Virus record (IMG/VR): IMGVR_UViG_3300032330_001755
Location: 1-45,582 of that record
Reading direction: 5' to 3' (one strand)
Source: a virus
Lineage: Duplodnaviria; Caudoviricetes
Length of the DNA stretch: 45,582 nt
This document shows positions 22,301 to 30,736 of this stretch, piece after piece. A model generated the notes under the pieces. It made no database searches. It saw only the letters and a list, made by a program, of their open reading frames with translations, and was not told the DNA's origin. Numbering within the stretch: the stretch's first letter is position 1; the number at the start of each line of letters is the position of its first letter. Position numbers and translations under genes: made by a program.

Positions 22301-22797
22301 GCAGCTAATCCTTTAGCTTTTAATGCTCTTTCTGTTGTGTTATCAATAGCTATTTGCATATTAGCTCTTGACTTTGCGACTTGTTCTATTTTTTCTCCAG
22401 TTACATTCTTTGCAACATACGTTGCATCAGATGGCATTGGTTTATTAAATGAGCTTTTATCTAATACTATGCTTTTCCAATCTTTTTGTTTGGGAATTGA
22501 TTGAGGCTGAGGTGCATTTTCTTTTGCTACCTGCGCTTGTTGAGCTGCATAAGCAGGATTAAGTGCGCTTGTTTGCCAACTTTGCTTTTCTCCCCCTTCT
22601 TGTAAACTTGATGGTGATTGTGAGGGTGTAGGGGGATTGGTATTTGTCTTTAATTCTTGACCACCAGATTGACCATCTACTTTTTTTTTTACATCATCAA
22701 AATCAGAGAAATCGTATTGAGTATTAGATGGAGCTTGCTCTTTATTGCTAATAGCTTCATCAAATGCAGAAAAATCATATTTTTTAGCTCCAGACAT
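13309..22797 (-). CDS. Giant polyvalent virion/ejection protein
   Basis: 3162 aa; two ParB/Srx-like modules (DGLHR, DGHNR), an HIR...ELQSD module, a zincin-like STLAHEITGH motif, coiled coils and a hydrophobic C-terminal region resembling LPD38-type ends. Confidence 0.75.
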   Translation of the reverse strand: MSGAKKYDFSAFDEAISNKEQAPSNTQYDFSDFDDVKKKVDGQSGGQELKTNTNPPTPSQSPSSLQEGGEKQSWQTSALNPAYAAQQAQVAKENAPQPQSIPKQKDWKSIVLDKSSFNKPMPSDATYVAKNVTGEKIEQVAKSRANMQIAIDNTTERALKAKGLAAPKNSPAYIKQRKKIEEAVKNNDAVYTVDPNTKLPALSQTTGFWDSTVDALNRAFNDEEESKEFVNNMTTQQRADYANKKREETYALTKEGYVGKTPSPFFGKAGETIGGAVPFVTKMTEAGIMATAAVMAAPETAGASLVGLAPVLSFAMTTPDMVNQGGRDEVLRRFNMLKEQNPDASDVDLMSEAENGLVTGEIVGGLTNLAFTAIGAKPIAQEAIPVLEKSISNTLKNTAHGTAKSSAELGFISAAGETGKEIEAGIEDKRYRLSAGEVINDAAKSFASGATAGALLHLTTQAVVGGVKLPGQLRSAIKYSLSKENPVELQAILSNNEQLGNVPQGTTEAVMADLNSYNKSLEKTSQDLTPETQASVAGLIQKRDNLMSEMSSKDATQIDPYLQQIDAINNQIKGITETNDPSAYEVNDVTGQPLNGEISEAPLQKGVEGEQVSVGEALPKNGTIEKDEQGEFIPKKYTINRKGENPAPNIPLSAIDSKSFGEEELPEGVKQVKLLEIRGRNSEGKLVGKVLIQKEDGGQYDAEVFFNDTELKEEQAKIPEQKTQTNDKENIPGLPSKVGVGEEPVTTEPIKGAGTEEISTSGVLQAPRIEGEGKGIGEKVGEEVKPIKQLGTGANIYFETNKYRVNDNLKNGKILLNVGDAKSETPLANIEFDNPNEAVFVAKKLEENAPEGLTSDFHNVDKIIENYKEEFKKQQAELPKQKGVGEQKGIIINPKERTEWGGYKVGDVIDSEDLLDNSGGDYSGEKGEKYILVQEKLSNIHDVTRKDIYDIHQGYEKEEDSRIENVKKDFNKTPPIPESDDGLHRIIAAKELGHETILQWKNVKDVKQSELPKQEQKGVGEMAIGADIVNNVKETHDILPISLVDKMRTQGKSRDTFYLENDIEKNGIKRPVELVYHVHDEKIGLSDGHNRLDALKEIGADNIPVVLKISGADAPSTAIEVNSKVDPLKVKKISDLDFTDLGFEGFPKVELPEQKTKENENIQNKEDKRKAEVVKPEPATTKAVDKERLEQSARNVGKREEAKTNLIKLRDEGVLVTADKSVIAKAKKAMGMKVKPVPMTDAEINAQMSMLDAMSNVWKETTGQDDFYDTFISDIKKGDLKAIKDKGGVLFQDESVPTRPISRVTLSVFDAPQFEKMKGQMVVHQSISDFIKGKGKQIEKDIINNVLAFDKYKGQKRISFDDFRNDVEIQVMKLEKIKTDSYAKYGRDNLGGGYGDAKTIIFNAPVDHGETGHFSGDFTTMGMDGKSWELRQIPNTEVWAAVDKDMPDNTPQAEIQKYVGTAGNKGEVEHWIGQRNANSSTGNVNRGLFGHIRAWFDKRNNIFHLAELQSDVYQKSKAADLFAESVPSAEVNEYMNRDVWSKIGDEKAKAIIEERGYKVERVKDEWKVLDKDGRVLAERTVFDTEPGYKEGQADEHTAISYALDNEANQYFDYERIESEDFPEINRQIHKLESLLDKVKTNREFDAINKEIESLNKQLYKYEVFKNYGINRSYKVGEFDTSEEAKGYIDDMLKEKVKVRDFRDQLGDYFNDKVNGLISKKQEFIDKRAKEIKAEKGENMLEKQFIASQKVHEMRLFREAMKHAAEEGADVVRFPSPYTLAVIEGYVDHTGEGNAPYEIIRGDSDRLEQGDTIDYGGTTLMVVDSDSNSITVAPQDEVSVFRVSDYIGEEASNRYSEIEYEAEKHFNDLNNITKEEIENYEPDEWMGDNAKLILEQEALGLEDGETIRWKDISQKLEDDIFNEYNNMDVSDLFHWGGNIYSNGDTVYVTESRRNVESFNQPDGYEAESTEDDFEDNLTRDQQTVVDKYKEMGAMIKKTRPDAIDIRDDNGMEWIETKITDADRNNPIIAFQNEGGKIKGAVDFMNDNKATFHIFDGADISTLAHEITGHLGRRFLEKLAETNEQFSKDYDAVKKWANVKDNQWTTKAEEKFARGFERYLREGKAPTKALEAVFANLKEWLVNIYKNIKGSSIDVKLTQEVKDVFGRLLGGEVKAEKPKMEEKVTPEIPKQKAKLEVEVEKPEIIKEEVKPVEERKTGVKKAITIPLREALGLPAVELPKMGKDIEELQQAKQRIDSEEVDPISMVDDILKKKRGYNDEKEVFDMQYYAHQLDAKDRELSMQMSEADNDIDKAEIANKKQLLSDEIDKQTEAARSAGNKWGKIGYSMQPVIDAGFNISRERNLIKEAYAGEVPQQVKEKIDAITKERDEAIAQKDKIEKDLIDLKAKKEIAQKEKEAQAEQKGKAKKTKEEFVKERKTIVDKIKKKWKDSKGGGTMYSLAVPIPIEKIKQLAAISPEVGELIKSHVEEGISKLDDIVTNIHDLLKDQIDGLTKKDVLDLIGGKYSVSKERSEAAKKVAEIRAEAKKLIKENVNPSKTIQSEIDRLNKKADNIEAKLREGVVTKEKESELNPYNNSEWIKADQRVVNAEKKMRDLKRQAFESQKNWYQKSLMWAGRGIRLAVLSGYKVLGKLTSAATIGSAVKRIPEQAIGSIYNKVFSSIAKKAPIEGSSMALNSELKWYKEFFNPKKFVKNSWDILKTGTTYLNRKMGKSEYEHIPVLYIATDLHQIIKDPVKRATFEHSFDNAMRNAAKEGLDITHPLVIQSIENAAFKRANYEIFQESNALTRKFTAWKNEMEKRGNVGATYKFVADFLIPISSVPTNIARRVGITSPFGLLKANVDVINAYRKGIENLKPEEADVIMRQLKQGTMGTALWMIGWFGFASFGGLYTKFNANKQRDDEDLASDKMEVGGVEIPKPTQHALPLEVIQTAATARRLWNKYNEDEDVSTFEAIAKAGLGSIGAVAEQIPIIETPVHMIMATQEPYEAKKLGEDIKGRVQPQILKETGIISKNDKQKVAFTEKEMESPVLKNLIESDIEIPKIGTRLSYPVKADNIHPKGIMTTDEYNKFSELVMKYSHDYTNENLSDSYTSSSIQRLKELIKNKSEDPKIQIEITELKKQIKSTLQSAHQNAIDQARDELGLYTK

Positions 22798-22809
22798 TAT
22801 TTATGTATT

Positions 22810-24483
22810 TTATGGTTTTTTTATTAACCCTTCAGCAATAAGTATTTTTATAGCATCGCTTTCGCTTAATTTATTCTTGCCCATAAAAGATGAAATCTTT
22901 TTTTGAGTTGCATTATCATAAGATTTTATTGATGGCGCAGATTTAGAGCTGCCTTTTTTTTCTTCTATTGCTAATATAGTTTTACCTTTTGCATTAGGTT
23001 GTACTTTATATCCTAATGTAGCGGCATCTATAGTAGTTAATCTTTTTCCTATTTTATTATCTAAAACAGGATATATTTCCCAATTGCCTTGCTTATTTAG
23101 CTTTACACCTAAATTATCCGAACCATACTCTCTTTTTTCTGTCTTTCCTTGTTCCTTTACTTCGTATCCTAATTTTAAATCTTTAATTATCCCTACAATG
23201 CTTTTAGAAAACTCTGCATCTAAGTCTTCTCTATTTAATGGCATATACGCTTCATTTCTGCCTTGCTGTGATGCTAGTACAGCGTTTGGCTGCAATCCCG
23301 TTTCTCTTGCAACCTCTTCTACGCTCTTGCCTTGCTTTAATAAATCAGCAGCCTTATCTTTTTGGTCTTGAAGAGCTTTGTATTGTGTAGCAGCAAGAGT
23401 GTATATATCTCTTTTTTCTCCACCTGCTCCCCCTACATTAACATTAGTTGTATTTCTAACTATAGGTTGCTTTTGTTCTTCTCTTACTTTAATAGATGCA
23501 GACTCAGTCATATTGTCTTTAACTAAATCATAAGCGATAGCTCTTGATAATGCTTCTGCTTGGGAAGTGTTAAGAGGGGCTTTGCCCTGCATTTGTTTTT
23601 TTACTTCGTTTCTTAAATAAGCTGCTGCCGCTGGATTATTTTTAGGAGAAAAAATTTGCTCAAAGGCATCTCTATCTAATAGTTTTATAGGGGCTTTCAC
23701 CTTTTCCCCAGCGTCCCCCATCCATTCGTGCATTACAACAGCATTGTTGTCTGTAAATGTTTCGTGCTTAGGTTCAAAATCTCCTGTTGGCTTACCAGAC
23801 GCATCTGTTAGTGGCTGATAGAATGGCTGTGATTTTGCGTCATATAATGTAGATTTTTCTACGCCTGCTTTATTTCTTTCCTTTTGGCTATATTGGTATT
23901 CTACTGGCTTTGCATTTTTTATAGATTCCCTTACAGCCTCTGTGTTATATATGTCGTCATTGTTTAGTACATCGTCTATGTAGTTGTGTGTGATGTCTAC
24001 GTTGTCTAGATTGTCTGGGAGTTGCTTATCTTTAATGCCCCAAGCTCTGTTTTGAAATGATTCCCTAAACTTATTAGCATCTACCCCTTTCATTCCTTTT
24101 ATTTGCTCTAAGCCAAGTTCCATTTGTCTTTTTAATTCCTTTGACTTTTCAGAATCTTGTGCCACTTGTCTTATTATAGGGTTTGCAAACATTTGTATAT
24201 GAGACTCAGTTACTCCTGGGTTTTCTGCTATAAATTTATACACTTGTTGCAATCCACTAGATAATTTATTTGTAATGTTAGGGTCTGCGACTGTTCCACT
24301 TAAATAATCTTTAGAACTAAATTGATTTTCGGCAAGTTTTGTTAATGCTGCTTTATTAGCTTTGGCAACTTCGTCAGCTTTTGCTTTAGCTGCTTTTTGT
24401 GCAGATATATCCTCTGCTAGTTTATATAAACCAGCAAATTGTTGTTCGGGAGTTACAAATCCTTTAATATCTAATTCTGCCAT
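22810..24483 (-). CDS. Putative internal virion/ejection protein
   Basis: 557 aa, helical, between the small Gln/Gly-rich ejection protein and the giant protein. Confidence 0.55.
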   Translation of the reverse strand: MAELDIKGFVTPEQQFAGLYKLAEDISAQKAAKAKADEVAKANKAALTKLAENQFSSKDYLSGTVADPNITNKLSSGLQQVYKFIAENPGVTESHIQMFANPIIRQVAQDSEKSKELKRQMELGLEQIKGMKGVDANKFRESFQNRAWGIKDKQLPDNLDNVDITHNYIDDVLNNDDIYNTEAVRESIKNAKPVEYQYSQKERNKAGVEKSTLYDAKSQPFYQPLTDASGKPTGDFEPKHETFTDNNAVVMHEWMGDAGEKVKAPIKLLDRDAFEQIFSPKNNPAAAAYLRNEVKKQMQGKAPLNTSQAEALSRAIAYDLVKDNMTESASIKVREEQKQPIVRNTTNVNVGGAGGEKRDIYTLAATQYKALQDQKDKAADLLKQGKSVEEVARETGLQPNAVLASQQGRNEAYMPLNREDLDAEFSKSIVGIIKDLKLGYEVKEQGKTEKREYGSDNLGVKLNKQGNWEIYPVLDNKIGKRLTTIDAATLGYKVQPNAKGKTILAIEEKKGSSKSAPSIKSYDNATQKKISSFMGKNKLSESDAIKILIAEGLIKKP

Positions 24484-24494
24484 TTTTATTTTTT

Positions 24495-25292
24495 TTATTC
24501 ATATCCTCCTGGATATTGCTGAGGATACATTAACGCTTGTTGTTGAAAATAATAAGGATTATTTGCATTATACATAAGCCCCATTTGACCATAATTGCCC
24601 ATAGTAGGCTGTCCCATATATGACATATTCCTTAATGCAGATGGAGCATAAGCCCCTTGAACTGCACCTGTATTTGTTGGCGGCATAACTTTAGGGTATC
24701 CAATTTTAGACATATTTGATACCGCTGCTGCTTGGTCAACACCGCCTCCATTTTTACCAAACATACCCTGTAGTCCATTCTTACCAAATCCTCCAGCCGC
24801 ATTAAATGATGCTAAAGAAAATCCAGCATTAGATATATCGCCCCAAGTATTTTGTTTGTTTTCTTGCATTGCGCCCTCTAATTGCGCTCTTGTTTGATAT
24901 TGTCTTAATTCATCAGCGAACTTTCTTTGTTGCTCTTCTTGATAATTACCATATCTTCTTTGGTAGTCTTGTGCCTCTTGTCCTGCTAAGCCTTGCAATG
25001 CTTGATTCCCTTGAGCCTGTACACCTGCTGCTGCTTGCATAACATCAGATGCTGATGTAGCAGCTTGTTGCATTCTACCCATTGCATTTGCTCCACTTTG
25101 GAAAATGTTTCTTTCTGCTTGCGCAGCTCCTGGCATTCTTGCATTAAGCAAGGTTCTTGCCATTTCATCGTATTTATATTTCGGCTGGTCTGCTAATAAC
25201 TTTCTCATTTGTCTATTAGCTACTCCCCTACCTATCGCTTTACCTGCTGCGCCTGCTAAACCTAATCCTACCATTCCTAATGTAACTGGCAT
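24495..25292 (-). CDS. Putative ejection (pilot-like) protein
   Basis: Hydrophobic Gly/Ala-rich N-terminus and Gln/Ala-rich helical core, typical of podovirus internal proteins. Confidence 0.6.
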   Translation of the reverse strand: MPVTLGMVGLGLAGAAGKAIGRGVANRQMRKLLADQPKYKYDEMARTLLNARMPGAAQAERNIFQSGANAMGRMQQAATSASDVMQAAAGVQAQGNQALQGLAGQEAQDYQRRYGNYQEEQQRKFADELRQYQTRAQLEGAMQENKQNTWGDISNAGFSLASFNAAGGFGKNGLQGMFGKNGGGVDQAAAVSNMSKIGYPKVMPPTNTGAVQGAYAPSALRNMSYMGQPTMGNYGQMGLMYNANNPYYFQQQALMYPQQYPGGYE

Positions 25293-25296
25293 ATAA

Positions 25297-25734
25297 TTAT
25301 TGTTTTAAATAAACTAATTGAACAATGTCGTCTTTATCTTCAATGACCTCTAAGTCATTTTTTAATAACCATTTTATTGCCCTTATATTTCTATTCCAAA
25401 CCCTACACACAAACTTTTTCCCTAAGTCTTTTCGTATCATCCCAAAGAATTCTCTTAGATATGTTCTTATTCTGTACTGGGAAGACAAGCTAAAAGAAAT
25501 CAAGAGCATATCTGTGTAAACATAGTACCCTACTAGCTTTCCTTTGTCATAAACTCCCTTACAAACACACAAGTCTTTTATTTCAAATATCTGTTCACTT
25601 ATACTTTTAACGACATCGTCTACGGTTTCTACTTTTATATTTGGGTTATACAGTTCAACTATTTGCTTGTCTTCTTCAAATGCCACTCTTATCGCTTTCT
25701 CTAATTGGCTGTATGTTATTTTTCTTGCTATCAA
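25297..25734 (-). CDS. GNAT-fold acetyltransferase-like protein (T7 gp13-like position)
   Basis: GKLVGY and VWNRNIRAIKWLLKN (N..A...L) motifs; located between tail and ejection genes. Confidence 0.55.
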   Translation of the reverse strand: MIARKITYSQLEKAIRVAFEEDKQIVELYNPNIKVETVDDVVKSISEQIFEIKDLCVCKGVYDKGKLVGYYVYTDMLLISFSLSSQYRIRTYLREFFGMIRKDLGKKFVCRVWNRNIRAIKWLLKNDLEVIEDKDDIVQLVYLKQ

Positions 25735-28700
25735 ACTATATGACCTTTACTTATTGACATTCCTAGTTCTAAAATACGAAGTTGTAAGGGTGATGTTGTT
25801 GGGGAATACTGTGCTAAAACGAACATATTAGTATTCCTCATTACCTCAGCCGTTAACAAACCTGTATACACATCACCACTATTTGTTGGCACTACCTTGT
25901 TCCTCAATATCTGTGCGTACCATATTCCTTCTTTCTGTACAAAGCTATCGTCTGTTAAGTCGGATATTTGTAAGTAAGGGAATTCATTATAAAAATACAC
26001 AAAACTTGGGACAATATTAGATTCTGATAAAAAATTATCATAAACCTTGGGCATTTGTGGTAAAATGTTTGATGTAAACATTATTCGTGACTGGGAATAC
26101 ACTCCAAAGAACACATTCTGACTGTCTTGATTGTGTTCCCAAGCATTACCCTCATTAAAAGAAAACAACCTATTTTGTATTGTACAGAAATATTCTGTAT
26201 TAAATGTATAAGCACTTTGCCAATGTGGTTGTACAATAGCTCCAGTACCCAACTTGTAAGAAATGGTTTTACCTTGATAGTCTAGGATATCAAATGGATA
26301 TACTAATTCTGGGTAGTCAGGTAAGAATCCTTTTGGTGGGTTGTTATCAAGTTTGGGAATTGTTATTAATAACTCATCGTGACTAGGGTCTACTGTTGCA
26401 AATACGTATGGTCTGTCCCCAAACGCCTCAATTTCTCCCTTAGTCAATGACATATACTTGTAGCACCAATTTTTCCAAAACCTTGACATCTTTATAGCCG
26501 AAATATTATCTAACCCATTAGCAGAATATTGTACCCATCTACCATTACTAGCATCAAGATAATAAACATTACCACGATACTGAATAACTGATGCAGGGTC
26601 TATACAACCATAGTTTCCCTTCAATATATTTATAGTTCCAATTACACTAGTGCCTGCACTAAAGAATTGCACACCGCCTGTACTATCCGTTATCTGCGTT
26701 TCCCCAAGATACATAGAATTAGTTTCAACTGCACATATTGCTAACATTACACTGCCTTGGTCTTGCACCTTTGATGTGTTCTGAAGTTTAGTTATAGACC
26801 CACAATCATCTGACACAAAGGTTTGACTTCCCAAACGAAATGTACTAGAGCCATTTATTTGTGTTCCTGATATATACGTATCGCTCCATACAACTTCTGT
26901 ACTATTATTCGCTTGACCTATTCTTGTTATTACATTTATCTTTCCTGTATCCGTATACCAATTTCTATAATATAAATCATTCGGACTCATTGCAGACACA
27001 TTATATGGAATACTAGTTCCAGTATAAAAAGTTCTTGTTAAAATATATGCATCAGAATAAAAATATCCTATAAGTTCGCTATACGTTCTATTTATTGTTC
27101 TTGGATTATATATAGGGAATATTTGACCTATTTCATAATAAGGCTCTTGCTCACTAGTTTTATACGGAGTATATATTTCATATACAAATGCAGTGCTTGT
27201 TAAAGAACCTACATCAGTAGCCTTTATTAAAATATAATCATTATCTTGACCTATAACAGGTAATGTAAATGTAACACTATCGCTTCTTGTTAATATACAT
27301 ATATCTCCTTCTGTAAATATATATCCAAGTCCAGATTGATTTAATGCCGTTGTAATCAATCCAATAGCAACAACGCCTGCACCAAACGATGTTGATGTGT
27401 AAACATAATTTCCACTAGAATCTTTTGTGGCGTATTTTGGATATGCAAAAGATTGAATAAAGAATCTTTTGCTTTGATTTTTTGTTATAATAGGAGCATA
27501 ATAATATGCCCAATCTGGTATTTCATTTACAGCATTTGCATTATCCAATTCCCAAGCAAATGACGATATCGCTGAAGTATACCCATAGTCCCTAACTGGC
27601 GTACTAACTATGCAATCATTATTAGTTACAACACCACATTTTCTCATTGCGTAATCATAAAATGCAATACCTGATTTGTATGATGACAATTGAGGGAATG
27701 CATTATAATATGCTAATCCACTAGTTCCAGTTATTGTACTATTAAATCTAACTTCTGATGAATCTGGATATGAATAACCAGACGGTATGGAATTATTTAT
27801 ATATTCAGAATATGTAGCACCTTTATATGTTAAAGATGCAAAAGAAGGTATTGAAGTTGGGGCAGATGTAGCTGGAACTGGATATGTATTATATACAGGA
27901 GCTGAACCCAATACTACAGTTTCAGAACCATTCACCAAATAGTATCCAGATGGAGATGCCCATGGAATAAATATAGCCCATGATGCGCTCGCATACAAAT
28001 TATTTAATGTGTTCCCAAATCTAAATAAAAATAAATTTCCAGATTCTATATTTACAGAATCGCCTATATTTAAAGTCATTGATGTACTTAATGGCGCACT
28101 ATACCCTTCAATATTATTGGCAAGAAAGTATCTCTGTTTTGCTATTTCGTGTGTTTGGGAATAGATGGGTACATTGTCAAATGGTCTTAATACATCGTAA
28201 TCTGGTATAACAATACCAGTTGTAGTATTATTAAAATAATATGTTAATGGAGATAAATTATTATTATGTGCTAATATCTGATATTCATCATCATAATTCC
28301 CTTTATTCCATGTTCTTACAATAAACGCATAATTAGTATCGCTACTTCTTGCAATCAAGTTGACAATCTTAACATTGTCTGGAATTATATTAACGTAATT
28401 CATAGTAACCTTGATACTATTGTAAGTATCACTCGCTCCATTTATTCTTGACGATACGCTATATAATCCTATTACAGATGTTTCATTGTCATAATATTGA
28501 TATTGGAATGCAAACTCAAACGATTCATTGTATATAAAATTATCAGTACCTATTGTTTCTTTTAATATAAATGGAGGATATGCTGGAGGCGGTTTTATCA
28601 ATGTTATTTGAGAAAAATCTATTGGGTATACGTATGTGTGGGAATCTGTTACAAATGAAGAATAATTGGCACTAATTGCAGACTCTATATTTATTTTTCT

Positions 28701-29933
28701 TGGTTCGTTATTTGTTCCATCTGGAAATGATAAAATATTATTTGCTATATGTGCGCTATGTATTAATGAGTTCTTATCAAAGTTTAGTCCACCAACTACT
28801 TGAGAAGAAGTCAATACATTATATTGCGTATTTGTATCTGTATACATACAGACAATCTTGTCTTCCCCAGCAACAGTATACAAAATATCAGTAGTATATG
28901 TATCTGTTCCTAATGATACACCTACATTTAAATAATAATATCCATTTGTAAATACTATAGATTGACAAGTATATGTTCCAGCGTTTGAACCAGATGTAAC
29001 AACAAATATATCTCCTGCTTTTATTGCATTTATTCTTTGGTCAGCTATAATAAATGTATTGCCTCCAAATGATATTATAGATATATTAGCTATAGGAACT
29101 TGGTGGCTTCTTACTGTGTCATAGTCAAAGTAAACAAATCTGTTGTTCTCTGTGTCTTCTATTGAGCCTATTGTTATGTATTGGGAATTGAATGTTATTG
29201 CTCTTACAGATAAACCATAATTAAAATCTAATTCATTTTCATATAAAACAATATCATTGTATTTTAATTGTTTACTAATTGCTTTATTACTAATTAAACT
29301 TTGTGTAGAATTCCAAAAGTATGTAGAATCGTATAAATCAAAATATGAACCTGAGTCTGTTCTTCCCCCACATCCTAATGCAGTAAATCCACTGCTATTA
29401 TCAGCTATGTTAGGAGAACTCCAATTAATAGTTCCTGTTTGTTTTAATTTACCTCCAGATACTGTATCTCCACCTAAATAAGTAGATAGTTGTTGCCATT
29501 CATATTGTGTGGGAATCCACCATCCAGTAGGCGCTAACCCTCTTGGGTCATTCACCGCATACCAATTGTAGAGTCTAATTCCAGTAGCTTCATCATTATT
29601 ATACCAACACCAAGCTCCAGTTGTTAAGTCTGTCCAAACTCTAGGGTCTGAAACTTCTGGTATTGGGTCTCCATTTCTATAATTAGTTACATTAAGATTT
29701 TGTAGTGACCATTTTTGGTCGCCTATAACTACTGATGCTAAATCAGCAGGTTTGGGAATTTCTACGTTACCGCCAATACTTTCAACAACTCCCGTAACAC
29801 CCTTGTCAGTAGTTCCCGTACGCACATTCTCTGCATTAACCCACTCATTAGTAGTTAATGCAAATGGAGAGTCGTCTGAGTTCATGCGACCAGACTGTAT
29901 ATCTCCAAAGTATTTTAAATCTTTTTGCCTCAT
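25731..29933 (-). CDS. Tail stabilization/muzzle protein with an inserted Fib_succ_major domain
   Basis: N-terminal GRMNSDDSP...WVNAENVR, FAFQYQYYDNETS, RYFLAN, YGCIDPASV...YYLD and FVQKEGIWYA motifs of crAss-like/P22 gp10-like proteins; LYNWYAV...LAPTGWWIPT insert. Confidence 0.8.
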   Translation of the reverse strand: MRQKDLKYFGDIQSGRMNSDDSPFALTTNEWVNAENVRTGTTDKGVTGVVESIGGNVEIPKPADLASVVIGDQKWSLQNLNVTNYRNGDPIPEVSDPRVWTDLTTGAWCWYNNDEATGIRLYNWYAVNDPRGLAPTGWWIPTQYEWQQLSTYLGGDTVSGGKLKQTGTINWSSPNIADNSSGFTALGCGGRTDSGSYFDLYDSTYFWNSTQSLISNKAISKQLKYNDIVLYENELDFNYGLSVRAITFNSQYITIGSIEDTENNRFVYFDYDTVRSHQVPIANISIISFGGNTFIIADQRINAIKAGDIFVVTSGSNAGTYTCQSIVFTNGYYYLNVGVSLGTDTYTTDILYTVAGEDKIVCMYTDTNTQYNVLTSSQVVGGLNFDKNSLIHSAHIANNILSFPDGTNNEPRKINIESAISANYSSFVTDSHTYVYPIDFSQITLIKPPPAYPPFILKETIGTDNFIYNESFEFAFQYQYYDNETSVIGLYSVSSRINGASDTYNSIKVTMNYVNIIPDNVKIVNLIARSSDTNYAFIVRTWNKGNYDDEYQILAHNNNLSPLTYYFNNTTTGIVIPDYDVLRPFDNVPIYSQTHEIAKQRYFLANNIEGYSAPLSTSMTLNIGDSVNIESGNLFLFRFGNTLNNLYASASWAIFIPWASPSGYYLVNGSETVVLGSAPVYNTYPVPATSAPTSIPSFASLTYKGATYSEYINNSIPSGYSYPDSSEVRFNSTITGTSGLAYYNAFPQLSSYKSGIAFYDYAMRKCGVVTNNDCIVSTPVRDYGYTSAISSFAWELDNANAVNEIPDWAYYYAPIITKNQSKRFFIQSFAYPKYATKDSSGNYVYTSTSFGAGVVAIGLITTALNQSGLGYIFTEGDICILTRSDSVTFTLPVIGQDNDYILIKATDVGSLTSTAFVYEIYTPYKTSEQEPYYEIGQIFPIYNPRTINRTYSELIGYFYSDAYILTRTFYTGTSIPYNVSAMSPNDLYYRNWYTDTGKINVITRIGQANNSTEVVWSDTYISGTQINGSSTFRLGSQTFVSDDCGSITKLQNTSKVQDQGSVMLAICAVETNSMYLGETQITDSTGGVQFFSAGTSVIGTINILKGNYGCIDPASVIQYRGNVYYLDASNGRWVQYSANGLDNISAIKMSRFWKNWCYKYMSLTKGEIEAFGDRPYVFATVDPSHDELLITIPKLDNNPPKGFLPDYPELVYPFDILDYQGKTISYKLGTGAIVQPHWQSAYTFNTEYFCTIQNRLFSFNEGNAWEHNQDSQNVFFGVYSQSRIMFTSNILPQMPKVYDNFLSESNIVPSFVYFYNEFPYLQISDLTDDSFVQKEGIWYAQILRNKVVPTNSGDVYTGLLTAEVMRNTNMFVLAQYSPTTSPLQLRILELGMSISKGHIV

Positions 29934-29935
29934 TA

Positions 29936-30721
29936 TTAATTTTTAATTGCTGCGGTATATCCGTTACGGAGTGTGTTCTTGATGTCTACTAATGTAAGTC
30001 CACTTAACCTTGACCTTAATCTTTTCTTGTTGTTATAGAAAGATACTGCCTCTGGGCTGTAGTCGTTGTTTGAGTTAGGGGAGCGTTTCCACTCCTGCCA
30101 TGCTCTGATGCATTGTATAGCTTGTATATCTATCTGACTTGCAGTATCTACACTCTGACCGCTTGATATGTACTGAAGCACTACGCTCTTTCTTTCAAAC
30201 CCAAGCGACATCTGTATTTGTCTTCTTTCCTTTATTACCTTGTATCCAATACTAGTGCCTCCCGTAGCACCAAAGAATCTACCCGTTGGCTCACCAAAGT
30301 CTGACACATTCCAAAACCAGAAAATTCCCAAGCCGCCTAAAAATAACTGATTTCCGCCATAAATATTGTTCACATTTCCTGGTGTAACTCCATTGGTTGT
30401 AGGGTAGTGTGGATGTGTAAATTGAGCCGTTGCTGGGTCATATTTTCTTAATGGACTAATAGAGCTTTGATGTGGAAGTTTTTGCAGAACCCCATTGCCA
30501 TAAAAACCACAAGACACATCATCTACGAAATCATCTGGCAAGTCTACTGCACCATAGTCGTTAACTGGTAGTTCTACCGTGTTAACTATTTTAAGTGTGT
30601 CAAATGATAGTTCTCTTAGGCAAGTAGCACCATGTACCATGTATTCTAAATAGTAATGTATGGGAAGACCTGACTCAATGAGTCCACGCCTTGTTATTTC
30701 ATCTAATGTTGCTAGTACCAT
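29936..30721 (-). CDS. Tail ring/tubular protein
   Basis: LRELSFD, LPDDFVD and VVLQYIS motifs; adjacent to the muzzle gene. Confidence 0.65.
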   Translation of the reverse strand: MVLATLDEITRRGLIESGLPIHYYLEYMVHGATCLRELSFDTLKIVNTVELPVNDYGAVDLPDDFVDDVSCGFYGNGVLQKLPHQSSISPLRKYDPATAQFTHPHYPTTNGVTPGNVNNIYGGNQLFLGGLGIFWFWNVSDFGEPTGRFFGATGGTSIGYKVIKERRQIQMSLGFERKSVVLQYISSGQSVDTASQIDIQAIQCIRAWQEWKRSPNSNNDYSPEAVSFYNNKKRLRSRLSGLTLVDIKNTLRNGYTAAIKN

Positions 30722-30736
30722 CTTTTATTATTATTT

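Noticed and set aside
29190-29745. Diversity-generating retroelement targeting the Fib_succ_major domain
   Set aside because: No reverse transcriptase and no template-repeat copy seen in this window; one could lie outside it.
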